From contig JAILFJ010000181.1 of NCBI GenBank assembly GCA_024697625.1, forward strand, positions 22,500 to 86,499: DNA of 64,000 nucleotides, given 5' to 3'. The notes beneath the pieces were generated by a model. The model worked only from the letters and a program-made list of their open reading frames with translations, searched no databases and had not been told where the DNA came from. The translations under genes were made by a program, and so were the position numbers. Origin of the DNA: Oscillospiraceae bacterium (GTDB lineage: Bacteria; Bacillota; Clostridia; Oscillospirales; Oscillospiraceae). Positions 16,941 to 27,500 of the stretch are shown here, piece by piece. Position 1 is the stretch's first letter. Each line of letters opens with the position of its first letter.

Positions 16941-19900
16941 TTACTTCAGGCTGATCTTCAGGCTCAGGGTGGCGTTCGGCACAGTGGTCCGATTGCCGCT
17001 GAGAAAAACCTTCAGCTGTACGTTTGCGCTCTTTAGCTTTGCAAAGCCCTGCGGGTTTTTCTGGATCTGCTCCTTTGCATAGCCGATGGCGTACTCGCCG
17101 CCGCCGAGCGGTGTCAGGCGGAAGAAGCCGCTTCTGTCCACAAGCTGTACGTCCGCCCCTCCGATGCCGGGGAGGCTCGGGTCGCTCAGGCTCAGAATCA
17201 CGCTCTTCCGGTCATATACGTCGTTCTTCGAGAGGCTGATCTCCTTCGTGCTCTGGCTGATCTGCGCCGATCCCATCTTCACGCCGATGGCGCCGTAGCT
17301 CTCCTTCGCGGCTCCGGTTATGCTCGCCGGGATTGCGACATAGGTTCTCGTTCTCGGGTTCAGGCCGGCATCCGGTCCCTTCACCTTCAGGGTATAACTG
17401 CCGCTCCCGCTGTCAAACTCCACCGTGAAGCGGTCGGTGATGTCGCGGTACGCGCTGTCATAGACATGCAGGTCCCCCGCCCCCAGGGGGCGCTGGTACC
17501 AGTTCTTTACGGTCGGTGTCACCGTGACTGAGGTCTCCGGGCGAAGGATATCGATGCTGCCGGACGTCCTATAGTTCACCGTCACCGCCGGGGCGCTCTT
17601 CGATGCTTTGATGCTGAGCTTCACCGGACGCGACTCCTCCGGGAAGCCTGAGCCCACCGCGATCCCGAACGCTGCCGAGAAGCTGTGTTTTTGATCCAGC
17701 TCCTGCTTCAGCGCCGCCCTGTCCGCCGCAGTCAGGGTGAAGACCGTGCCGTTCTGATCAACGCTGAAAAGACTGTCCCTCTCCGCGATGGACATGGCCT
17801 CTGTCACTCTTCCCGCCGTACGATACAGAACAAGTTCCAGCTCGTCGCCGGTCGCGTTGAAGTTCTTCACCTGTGCCGTCAGGGTGATGGGGCTTCCCGG
17901 CACTGCCGTGTCAATGGCGCCGACCGCCCGGGCGGTGACCGTGATCTTCTGGCTGTCCGCCAGGACCTTCACGGTCAGAGGGACACTGATCTTCTTGCTG
18001 CCGAGGCTCAGGACCGCGTTGGCTTTCAGGTTCTTCCCCTTCAGGCTGTCCTCGTCGATCCCGGGCTTCAGACTGACGTTCAGGGTCCCGTCCGCCTTCA
18101 TGTCCAGGCTGAGCCAGCGGTCCGAACTGTCCACGGCCTCCGCCTTGAAGGTATAGGTCCCTCCTGCAAAATCGGCAGGCGTCACAGTCAGGCGGCTCAC
18201 GGCGACGTCGTCGGTGCCGGGCTTCAGCGTCACGGTCGGGGCGCTGAGTTTCAGCGTCGGTTTCTTCTCTGTGCAGGTGACTCTGAGTTTCAGCTGCCAG
18301 GTACCGGCCCAGTTCTCCAGCCTGCACATCGCCGTCAGTGTTCCTCTCCCTGCCCCGTTCTGGGTCAGGGTCATGGTTTCCGGATCAAGGCGGACACAGG
18401 CAGGCTGCGTATATCTTACAATCTCCTGCACGGTCCCGCCGGTCATCTCGAGAGGCGCGCTGTCTCCCGGGATGAAGCTGTTGAGCTTTACGGCAGCCGC
18501 TCTCAGCGACGGGGTGGTTTTCTTTACCGCAACGGTCAGAGGCAGATCTTCAAACACCCTGCCGTTGGTCAGCGTGACGGTGATCAGCGCCTTATAACTG
18601 CTCTTTACCGCCTTCACCGCGGCTTCGCTCAGGTTTTTCGGTACAATCTCGGCATAGCGGTCGTCTATGCGCCGGAGCTCGAAGACCCCCGTGATATCGT
18701 TTTTATCCGCTGCTCTCCAGGTCACGTCCCGGATCACTTCTGCCGGGACTTCCGCCTCATTGGAACTCTGTTCGCCCTCCGGGGTCCCGATCTCCGCGGC
18801 AGTCACCCGGTTCTGCTCAAAATCGAGAATGATACCGACCCGGGTATAGTCCGTGCGGTACATCTCCACCGTGACCCTGTCCTCCGAGAGGGCGGCTGTG
18901 ACCTCCTGAAGCTCCTCTCCGTCGGGGATCACATCCACCCGGCAGCGGGCGCGGTAGTCGGTCCCGTCCCGCGTATACGTCGCCACAGCATAGGCTGTCC
19001 CTGCGCGAAGGGCGCTGACAGTGCCTTCCTCCACACGGATCACCGCATCCCCGGTCCCGTTTCCGGTCTCAGCTCCGTCTGCATCCTCCACGGTCCAGAC
19101 CAGGCGCCTCATCGCCGTTTCAGACAGGTTCGCCGTCAGGCGCTCGGACGCCCTGCCCTGTTCCAGGAGGAGATAGCTGCAGTTCAGCGTCAGGCGGAAA
19201 TCCTCCGACCAGGCCCTGAGCTCTTCGATCTCCTCTGCGGAGACAAAGCGCAATGGGCTCCGCTCTGAAAGCTCGCTGTCGAGGACAGTGTTCAGGTCCG
19301 CCGTGCGGAGGGAGAGCTCCCAGGCATACCAGCCCTCGCCGCTCTGCTCCATGAGCAGGCGGAGCCAGTCGCAGAGTTGTCTCTCCGTCTCGTCGGCCGT
19401 GCCGGCCGTGATGATCTCGGTCCGGGTCAGCGCGCCGCCTTCCGTATCGGCGCGATAGAGCAGCGCCCGCATGCCGCCGATGAGACTCTGGTCCCCGTCA
19501 AAATGCCAGACCGGCTCCGCTCCGCTGAAGTCCAGCCCCGTCGGTGTGGCCAGCCTGACGCGGGTCCCGGCGTAGGTCCAGACACTTGATTCCGCCGCCG
19601 GGCTGTCCTGGCAGGTTTCGCTGTCGGAGAGCGCCGTCACCCGGAAGAGGTATGCTCCCGCTTCCAGCTCCGCTGCATGTCCGGCAAAGTACCTGCTTGC
19701 GAACCTTGTGCCCTCCGTTTCGGTGCCGTCCGTCACCACGGTGTCGGTGGCCGCAGGCACCTCCGAGCCGTCCCGATACCAGTCGATCCGGTATCGGCTT
19801 CCGGTGCGCGCACCGGCCCGGAAGCTCACCGTACCGGAAGCGGCGTTCCCGTCCGCGTCCGTTCCCCAGCGCAGGTCAAAAGGCACTGAGAGCTGTTGCG

Positions 19901-21455
19901 GCTCCTCCGGTTCGATGGTGGTGTCCTCGAGATACGTGGCCTCCGACAGCGTCAGAAGTTCAGCATCAAACATTGCCAGCGCGTCATCGTCATAGGCATA
20001 GCTCACCGCTGTCTTGCCGATCAGGAAGGTATAGCCCTCCGCAGGGCTGCCCTCCGCACTTCCGATCAGGAACAGTCCGTTCTTACCCCCCAGCGCCGTG
20101 TCACTGTTGGTCACGTCGACCAGGTAGTTCTTCCCGTTCTCCATGCTGACGATGTTCCACATGTGGAAGCCCACACTTTTGTCGACGGTCATCGTCCCGG
20201 TCACCGTCCAGGCTCCGATCGGCGCGCTGAAGCTGGTCAGATCACAGAGGTAGACAAAGGCCTTCGCATAACCCTCGCAGACCACCCTTGTGGCCGCGTT
20301 CCCGTCAAAGACCCAGATGAGCTGCCAGGGGTTTCCGTAGGGGGTGGCGCTGTGCGTCGCCGCATAGTTGTTGTAATCCGTCATCTCACAGATCGTATCC
20401 TTGTAGCCCAGCAGCTTTTCGTAGTCGCTGCAGCCCCGATACTTCTCTACCACTGCGGCGGCATTCTTCAGGGCGGTGCTCACTGCGGCTCCCGTGGAGG
20501 TATCCACCGTATATTCGCCGGCGGAATACTCCTGCGCCACCGGAAACTTGAACCGGTATCCGGGCCCGATGACCCTGATCTTCGAAGGCAGACGCGAAGT
20601 CTTCTCCGCCCAGGCGATCTGGGTGGACACCGTCTTGTCGTGCCAGTACAGCTCCGACGGCAGATCCGTCAGCAGCGCCTGCATGAGGTCGGCACTGTTG
20701 CAGCGGAACAGCTCCCGCACCATCTCAAGAGCTTCCTCTGAATTCTCAGCGCCCAGCTCTGCGACGGTCCATTCCGTCTTAAGCCCGAGCTCCTCATAGG
20801 GGATCACAAAGGTGGTCGAGGTCTGCTCGCCGGCTGCCACAGCCCGGATCCGTGGAACCAGCGCATCATAGAGCTTTCTGTTCAGACCCGTCAGCGTCTC
20901 GCCCCGCAGCTCCTTCCAGTTCTGCGCCTCAACCGCTCCCGGCCGCAGCGAATCCAGCTGTTCCTGTGCGTAGGCGTTCAGCAGCACCTCCCTGTCTCTC
21001 TCTGTAACGGCTTCCGCCGAGAGGTACTCCTCCGCCTCGACGGCCTCGGTGATCTCTTCCTCCGGTGTGTCTTCCGTTGTTTCCGCCGCTGTGGTTTCGT
21101 CATCTGCAGCTTCGTCCTCTGCAGCCTCCGGCGCCTCGGGTTCTTCCGCTTCGGGAGCTTCCCCGGTTTCTCCGGACGGTGCGGGGCCGACTTCATCCCG
21201 TGCTTCCTCGGGGAGACTTTCACTCTCTTCCGTGACGGCTTCTTCCTCCGCCGCAGCGTCGGCGGCTGCGGCTTCCGTCGGGCTGCCCGTTTCCGCGGTG
21301 AAGTCTCCGTCCGCCGCAGCCGCGGCGGCAGTCTCTTCCGGGAGGAGGCCGGCGGATTCCGTACCGTCCTCGGCAAAAGCCCATGCCGGGGACAGCGTCA
21401 GGCACATCGCCAGACACAGCAGCACCGCTGTCAGCCTTTTTCTTCTCATCGTCAT
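16941..21455 (-). CDS. Giant secreted protein with transglutaminase-like (Cys-His-Asp) cysteine-peptidase-like core, FN3/Ig-like array (TG-1)
   Basis: 1504 aa. GGGAGGA lies 7 nt before ATG 21455. Signal peptide MTMRRKRLTAVLLCLAMCLTLSPAWAFA, then an acidic A/E-rich spacer. Core motif: YGNPWQLIWVFDGNAATRVVCEGYAKAFVYLC...GFHMWNIVSMENGKNYLVDVTNSD. A long series of beta-sandwich-like repeats ends ...NATLSLKISLK. Confidence 0.9.
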   Translation of the reverse strand: MTMRRKRLTAVLLCLAMCLTLSPAWAFAEDGTESAGLLPEETAAAAAADGDFTAETGSPTEAAAADAAAEEEAVTEESESLPEEARDEVGPAPSGETGEAPEAEEPEAPEAAEDEAADDETTAAETTEDTPEEEITEAVEAEEYLSAEAVTERDREVLLNAYAQEQLDSLRPGAVEAQNWKELRGETLTGLNRKLYDALVPRIRAVAAGEQTSTTFVIPYEELGLKTEWTVAELGAENSEEALEMVRELFRCNSADLMQALLTDLPSELYWHDKTVSTQIAWAEKTSRLPSKIRVIGPGYRFKFPVAQEYSAGEYTVDTSTGAAVSTALKNAAAVVEKYRGCSDYEKLLGYKDTICEMTDYNNYAATHSATPYGNPWQLIWVFDGNAATRVVCEGYAKAFVYLCDLTSFSAPIGAWTVTGTMTVDKSVGFHMWNIVSMENGKNYLVDVTNSDTALGGKNGLFLIGSAEGSPAEGYTFLIGKTAVSYAYDDDALAMFDAELLTLSEATYLEDTTIEPEEPQQLSVPFDLRWGTDADGNAASGTVSFRAGARTGSRYRIDWYRDGSEVPAATDTVVTDGTETEGTRFASRYFAGHAAELEAGAYLFRVTALSDSETCQDSPAAESSVWTYAGTRVRLATPTGLDFSGAEPVWHFDGDQSLIGGMRALLYRADTEGGALTRTEIITAGTADETERQLCDWLRLLMEQSGEGWYAWELSLRTADLNTVLDSELSERSPLRFVSAEEIEELRAWSEDFRLTLNCSYLLLEQGRASERLTANLSETAMRRLVWTVEDADGAETGNGTGDAVIRVEEGTVSALRAGTAYAVATYTRDGTDYRARCRVDVIPDGEELQEVTAALSEDRVTVEMYRTDYTRVGIILDFEQNRVTAAEIGTPEGEQSSNEAEVPAEVIRDVTWRAADKNDITGVFELRRIDDRYAEIVPKNLSEAAVKAVKSSYKALITVTLTNGRVFEDLPLTVAVKKTTPSLRAAAVKLNSFIPGDSAPLEMTGGTVQEIVRYTQPACVRLDPETMTLTQNGAGRGTLTAMCRLENWAGTWQLKLRVTCTEKKPTLKLSAPTVTLKPGTDDVAVSRLTVTPADFAGGTYTFKAEAVDSSDRWLSLDMKADGTLNVSLKPGIDEDSLKGKNLKANAVLSLGSKKISVPLTVKVLADSQKITVTARAVGAIDTAVPGSPITLTAQVKNFNATGDELELVLYRTAGRVTEAMSIAERDSLFSVDQNGTVFTLTAADRAALKQELDQKHSFSAAFGIAVGSGFPEESRPVKLSIKASKSAPAVTVNYRTSGSIDILRPETSVTVTPTVKNWYQRPLGAGDLHVYDSAYRDITDRFTVEFDSGSGSYTLKVKGPDAGLNPRTRTYVAIPASITGAAKESYGAIGVKMGSAQISQSTKEISLSKNDVYDRKSVILSLSDPSLPGIGGADVQLVDRSGFFRLTPLGGGEYAIGYAKEQIQKNPQGFAKLKSANVQLKVFLSGNRTTVPNATLSLKISLK
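20100..20345 (-). other. Transglutaminase-like core of TG-1 (candidate catalytic Cys, His, Asp)
   Basis: Cys codon at 20277-20279 (CEGY), His in FHMWNIV (~20155-20172), Asp in LVDVTNSD (~20100-20125). The spacing follows the Transglut_core pattern C...H.W...D.T. Confidence 0.7.
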
Positions 21456-21571
21456 ATCTGCGTCCTCCCGTTTTTCTTCTTGTTTCTCAACTCTTCCGGT
21501 GACAGCCGGCCGCTGCCCGTCCTTACGGGCGAAGCGGCGGCCCTGTCTGCACTGTTGTATCTGTCAGCTGC

Positions 21572-24500
21572 TTACTTCAGTGTGATCTTCACGCTCAGTC
21601 TCGCGTTCGGTGTGTCGGTGATATTACCGCCGAGGAACACCTGGAGCTGTACGTTCGCGCTCTTCATCTTCGTGACGTCAATTGTCCTGTCCTTCACAAA
21701 GCCGATGGCAAACTCGCCGTTTCCAAGGTGCACCGGCTGCGCAAAGCATCCGCTTTTATCCACCAGAACCACCCGCGCCTCGCCGATGTCGTACAGCGTC
21801 GGGTCATTCACGCTCAGAACCACGCTCTGCCGGTCATAGAGGTCATTCTTCGACAGGGTGATCGCCTTCGTGCTCTGGGCGATCTTCGCGGTGCCCATCT
21901 TTACAGTGAGGGCCTTGTAGACAGTGCTCTGGGCTCCCGTCACATCCTTCGGGACCGCTGCATAGTACTTCAGCTTCGGGTTCAGGGCTTCCTTCGGCGT
22001 CACCCGGTAGGCTGCGCCGTCAAAGCCCACTGTGAATTTATCCGTGATGTCTTTGTATGCGCTGTCATAGATGTGGAGATCGCCCTGCTCCAGGTCACGC
22101 TCGTACCAGTTCTTCACCGTCGGCGTAACCGTCACCGAGGTCCCCTGCCGCAGCACGTCAATGGTGCCGACGGTCTTATAGCTTACGTTGATGGTCACCT
22201 TTGCGGAGTTCTTCACCGTGATCTTTACGGGTTTGATCTCCGCAGCCGCTGTTTCGATCACCGCCGTGTACGCATCGCCCTTGTCAAAGACGTCCTTCAG
22301 GCTCTGCTTCAGCGCCGGGTCCCGCTTCTCCCGGAGGGTGATGACATCCCGGGTAATTTCAATATTGAAGAGATCTGTGACATCCAGGTCCTTCACACCC
22401 TGCTTCCTGTTGTTGCACAGGATATGAACATCGTAGTCCGTCACGGCGCCGGCATTGCAGTTTTTGCCGGTCAGGGTGATTGTCACCGGGCTGTTTGTCA
22501 TCTTCAGGTCGATCGCGCCTGCGGCTTTTGCCGTGATGCCGGTTTTTGCCGCCGCTGCCTGTACCTTGACCCTCAGCGTCGCGACCGGCTGTCCGTCCGC
22601 TTTCACGGTCACGGTGGCATTGCCCGCGGTGGCTTTTCCCTTCTCCACCGTGATCACGCCGGTCTCATCGTCGTAATCTGCAATCAGCCCGTTGTTTCCC
22701 ACAGCCTCGATACGGTGGGTCATGCCGGCCAGCGGCGTTACCGTCACGGCCGAGAAAGCCTTATCATTCCCGTTGCCGGAGTACAGATTCACAGAGGTAG
22801 GCTTCAGCGTCACTTTCGGCGCGTTCCAGGTGCTGCTGACCGTGAGGTTCAGCTTTGCCGTCACCGCCCAGTTCTCCAGGTCGCAGATCAGGCTGAACTT
22901 CGCGGAGCCGTTTTTGGTGTTTGCCGGGTTCAGCTTCACCGTCATCGGCAGCTCTTTGCTCAGCTCCGCCACCGTGTTTTTATAATTCCCGTTCTCCGGC
23001 CGGAATCCGGTCACATTGGCCCCGGTGACCGCGACCGGCACAACCTCGTCCGGGGTGAAGCGGTTCAGCTTCACCGCAGGAGCTGACAGCTTCGGAAGCG
23101 TCTTCTTCACCGTGACCGTGAGCGGCAGAGGATCCAGCTCGCGTCCGTTCTCCGTTCCGTCGTCCACCGTCACCAGGATGCTGGCCTTGTAACTGCCCTT
23201 TGTCGCCTTCACGGCGAGCGGGCTCAGATCCTTCGGTACAATCTGGACATAGCGGTCGTCCACCTGTTCCAGCTCGAAGAAGTCCGTGATCTTATTCTTG
23301 TCTGCGGCCTCCCAGGTCACCTTTTTCAGCACCGCCGAGACCGCCGGATCTGCAGGGCTATTGGTGTCTGCATCGGCGTCGGTCCCTGCCTCCCCGATGC
23401 TGGCAGCGCCGATCCGGTTCTGCTCGATGGCAAGGACGATGCCCACACGGGTGTAGTCCGTGCGGTAGAGCTCGACCGTGACCTTGTCCTCCGTGAGCGA
23501 CGCCTTCACCTCGCTGAGCTCTGTGATACTCTCCTGTATGTCCACGCGGCAGCGGGCCGTATAGACTGCATACCCCAGGTCCAGCGTCGCAACCGCATAG
23601 TCCGTCCCGACGCTCTTTGCCATCACGGCGCCGGTATTCCGATCCACCGCGATGATGTCTTCCCTGCCGCTCTCGGTGGTCCAGGTCAGGTACTTTTTCG
23701 TATAGTCGTTCAGACCCTCTGTTACATTCAGGCTGCTGTCTGTTCCGCCTTTCTGGATCAGCAGATACTCCTTGTTCAGCTTCAGGCCGCTGCTGTCCCC
23801 GGCACCAAACTGTGCCTTAAAGGCCTGCGTAAGGGCTTCGTTCCCTTCTGCGATCCGGATCCTGTTCCACTCGGCGGGTGTTCCGGCATAATTCACGGTC
23901 TTCAGTTCTTCACAGCCTGTGAAGCAGGCCTCCTCCACTGCGGTCAGGCTCTTCGGGACCGTGACCTCTGCGAGGCCTGTGCAGCCCATGAATCCGCCCT
24001 CCGGCAGTGCTGCCAGGCCCTCCGGCAGAACCATGCTCTCCAGCCCGCTGCCGTAGAAGACATATCTGCGCAGTTCCGTCAGTGTGGACGGAAGGTCGAT
24101 GCCGCGCAGACTGACGCAGTCCGTGAAGGCGTCCGCGTGGATGCTGACGAGCCCCTCCGGCAGGGAGACCTCTGTGAGGTTCGGCAGGTACGAGAAGGCA
24201 TAGCCGCCGATCACGGTGATCCCCGCTTCCACGACGACTTTGGTGATCTCGGCGCTCCGGGCTGCCCAGGGGAGCATCATGCCGTTCTCATAGTAATAAT
24301 CCCACATCGCCCCGGTGCCCGACAGGGTCAGAACCCCGTTGCTGACGGCCCAGCGAATATCGTTGCCGACATAACCCTCCGGGCGCTCGTACTGAACCCG
24401 GAAGCTGACCGCTCCTTCATTGCCCAGCTCGTCGGTGACCGTGCAGGTATAGACGCGGAAGGTATCCACCGGCTCCGTCACAAGTGAAGGACTGTTGTTC

Positions 24501-27500
24501 TCATAGTTTATGATCTGTGTCGATCCATCCTCTGTCCAGTCCGTCGCGCTGCTCCAGGCATAGCGGATGGCGCCGCCTCCCTGCGCGGGGACAGTCTCCA
24601 CCTCCAGCGTGACCGTCGTGCCGCAGGGGACAGCAATGGCAGTCTCTTTCCCGTCCTTAGGCTGAACTGCGAGGCCGTATTCACAGTAGAGCTTTGCTCC
24701 TGTCAGTGACTCATTTCCCTCTGCGATCCGGTCTTCCTTCCAGTCTGAAGAGAATCCGTTCAGCTCGATCCTCTGCAGGTTATCGCACTGGTCAAAGGCC
24801 CACTTGCCGACCCTGAGCCCCGCGGCAGAAGCCGAAACCGCCAGCGTCTCCAGCGCATTCATGCCGGCAAAGGCGTTCTGTCCGACTGCCGTCACCCCGG
24901 GATCCAGGGTTACGGTTTTGACCGTATCCTCATAATCTCCCCAGGGCGCGTCCGTCGTCCAGTTGACGCTTCCCCCGTCCGCCGGATAACCGACCTCGGT
25001 ATAGTCCCAGATGTCGCCTTCTCCGCTGATGGTCAGGGTGTCGCCGCTGACCGCCCACGTCAGTCTGTCGCCGCAGGCGTCCAGATCGAAGACCGCAGCA
25101 CTCAGTTCATAGCTGCCCTCTCCGGTCGCCTGGCCGGTGCGCTCTATCTCAAGCGGGAGGGTTTCTCCTGCTTTCATGGAATAGCGGTAAATCATTGTCT
25201 CGCCGTCCCATAGCACCTGGGAATCCGGCACGCGGCTGTTCGTCGCGCTCAGATGAATGCCCGGTCTTGCAGCGCTGTCGCTGAGCTTGCGGAGAGTTAT
25301 CACATAGAGGCCTTCCTCCTCTGCGACAAGTCGGAAACTGCTCTTCGGCTGTGCGGAGGACAGATCCAGCGTGAGCGTCTCTCCCGCCTTCAGAGCGGGA
25401 TTCCAGGTATAGATGTAGACACATTCCTTGTTGTCCGAATCCGTATGGCTTCTCTCGTAGTTTCTGAGATCGATCCCCGTGAAGTAGGTATCCGGATCCG
25501 CATCCGCAACATGGCCTTTCCCGATATGGTTTACATACAGCCGCCCGGTACCGGCGTAGCTGCCTGTCACCGTCACGGTTGCCATGGCGCCGTTGCCGTT
25601 GTGCAGGGCGAGCGTGCTGTTGTTGACCAGGGTACCGGCCACGGTGATGTCCTCCTGCAGGAGCAGACTACCGTTGAGCGTCAGGGTCTTTCCCGCCGGT
25701 ACCGTGACGCTGTTGTTGGGTGCCGGGAACCAGACCATCAGGTTCTCCGGGATGACGACGTCCTCCGTGAACTCGAAGGGCTCGTTCAGGCCAAAGCGGA
25801 TGCTGGTGATCGACGTATAGTTCTGTGCGCAGAATTTCTGAAGCTGCTTCAGGTTCCTGAATTCATTCGGTGCGTGGTATTCCGCGATCTGCTCTGCGGT
25901 GATCTGCGTCTCGGCAGACCAGTCGGACCACAGAGATTTGTCCACCGTGGCGGTGTCGTCACTCAGCAGCTTCACACGCCACTGATAGTATCCCGGACCC
26001 TGCTGCCGGACTCTCGCCATGAAGGACACCGCCGGGCTCTCATCCCCTGGCCCCATGGTACGGCGGATCAGCGTGGGATACCGCATGCCCTCGCCGGTCT
26101 GAGGATCTGAGAGACTCGCCCGGTACCGGTATTCCATCATGAAGCCCGTGTAATGATCCAGGTCTGCGGGCATGGTCCAGGTTGCCATACCGTCGGTGTC
26201 AATCCCGATATTCGTCACTGTTGCCATGCGGACCGCGGCCTTCTCATAGTGCCACGTCTCCGACTTCACCGGGTCGCTGTCGGCATATTTGTCCGGGTCC
26301 TTGGAGACGGCGGTCACCGTAAAGTAATAGTCGCCGCTCTCAAACTCATCGCTGGTCACAAAGACGTGGTTCCCGTCCCGGCCAGCACCGGGGACAGCGG
26401 TAAAATCGGTCCGTACCATCGTATCTGTACCATTTACGGTTCGATAGATCCTGTATTCATAGAAGCGCGTCGGATTCTCAGCCGCCTGAGCAAAGCTCAT
26501 GAACCCAATGACGTCGTGCCCTTCCTCGAACCTGTGCCAGGCAAGGTCCGTCGGCGGACTCAGCTTCAGCAGGTCGCCCAGGCAGCGGAGCTTCGCGCTC
26601 CGGAGGGGCTCATTACCGTCCGCGATGCTGACCGAAGACCAGTCGGTCTGCCGGCCGGCATACTTTACAAGCTCCAACGTGCCGCAGCCGCTGAAGCAGG
26701 CCAGCGGTACCGTATTCAGTGTCTTTGGCAGCGTGATCTCTTTCAGACCGGCACATCCCATAAAGGCCGCCGCACCGATTTCAGTCAAGCCTTCCGGCAG
26801 TACAACAGTCTCCAGTCCGCTGCCGTAAAAGGCGTAACTGCCGATCTTCCGCAGAGACGCCGGGAACTCGATGCTCTTCAGGCTCACGCTGTCAGAGAAG
26901 GCGTCTCTTCCGATCCGGGTAAGCGTTGTGGGCAGGGTCACCCTGGTCAGGTTCGGCATCTGGGTAAAGGCGTCGCCGCCGACGGCTGTGATCCCCTCTC
27001 CGACAATCACCTCGGTGATGCTGCCGTTCAGCCCCGTCCAGGGCGTCATAAAGCCGTCCTCGTAATAGTAGTCCCACATCTCCCCTGTGCCGGAGAGCGT
27101 CAGGACGCTTCCGCTGACACTCCAGCGGATGCTGTCTCCGGCAAAGCCGTCCTGCCGCCCATAGTCCAGCGTGAACGTCACCTGTGCCGAGTTGCCGTTC
27201 TGGTCCGACACGACACAGACGTACTGCAGCTGATCGGTGACAGGATCTGTCGTCAGACGGTTGGTGTTGCCGCTGGTGCTTCCATGTCCGACGAGGGTCT
27301 GAGCGACCCTGCCGTCCTCTGTCCTGCGGTTGACCGCATACCAGTCATAAGTCAGCGTATCGCCTTCCTTTGCCGGCGTCGCCCGGACGGTCAGGGTTGC
27401 GGTTGTCCCGCGTGCCACCGTCAGCCCGGTCTCGCCGACAGGCTCGAGCTTCAGCAACGGACGGTTGTCTATGTCACCATCAGTGCAGTGGATCAGAGCG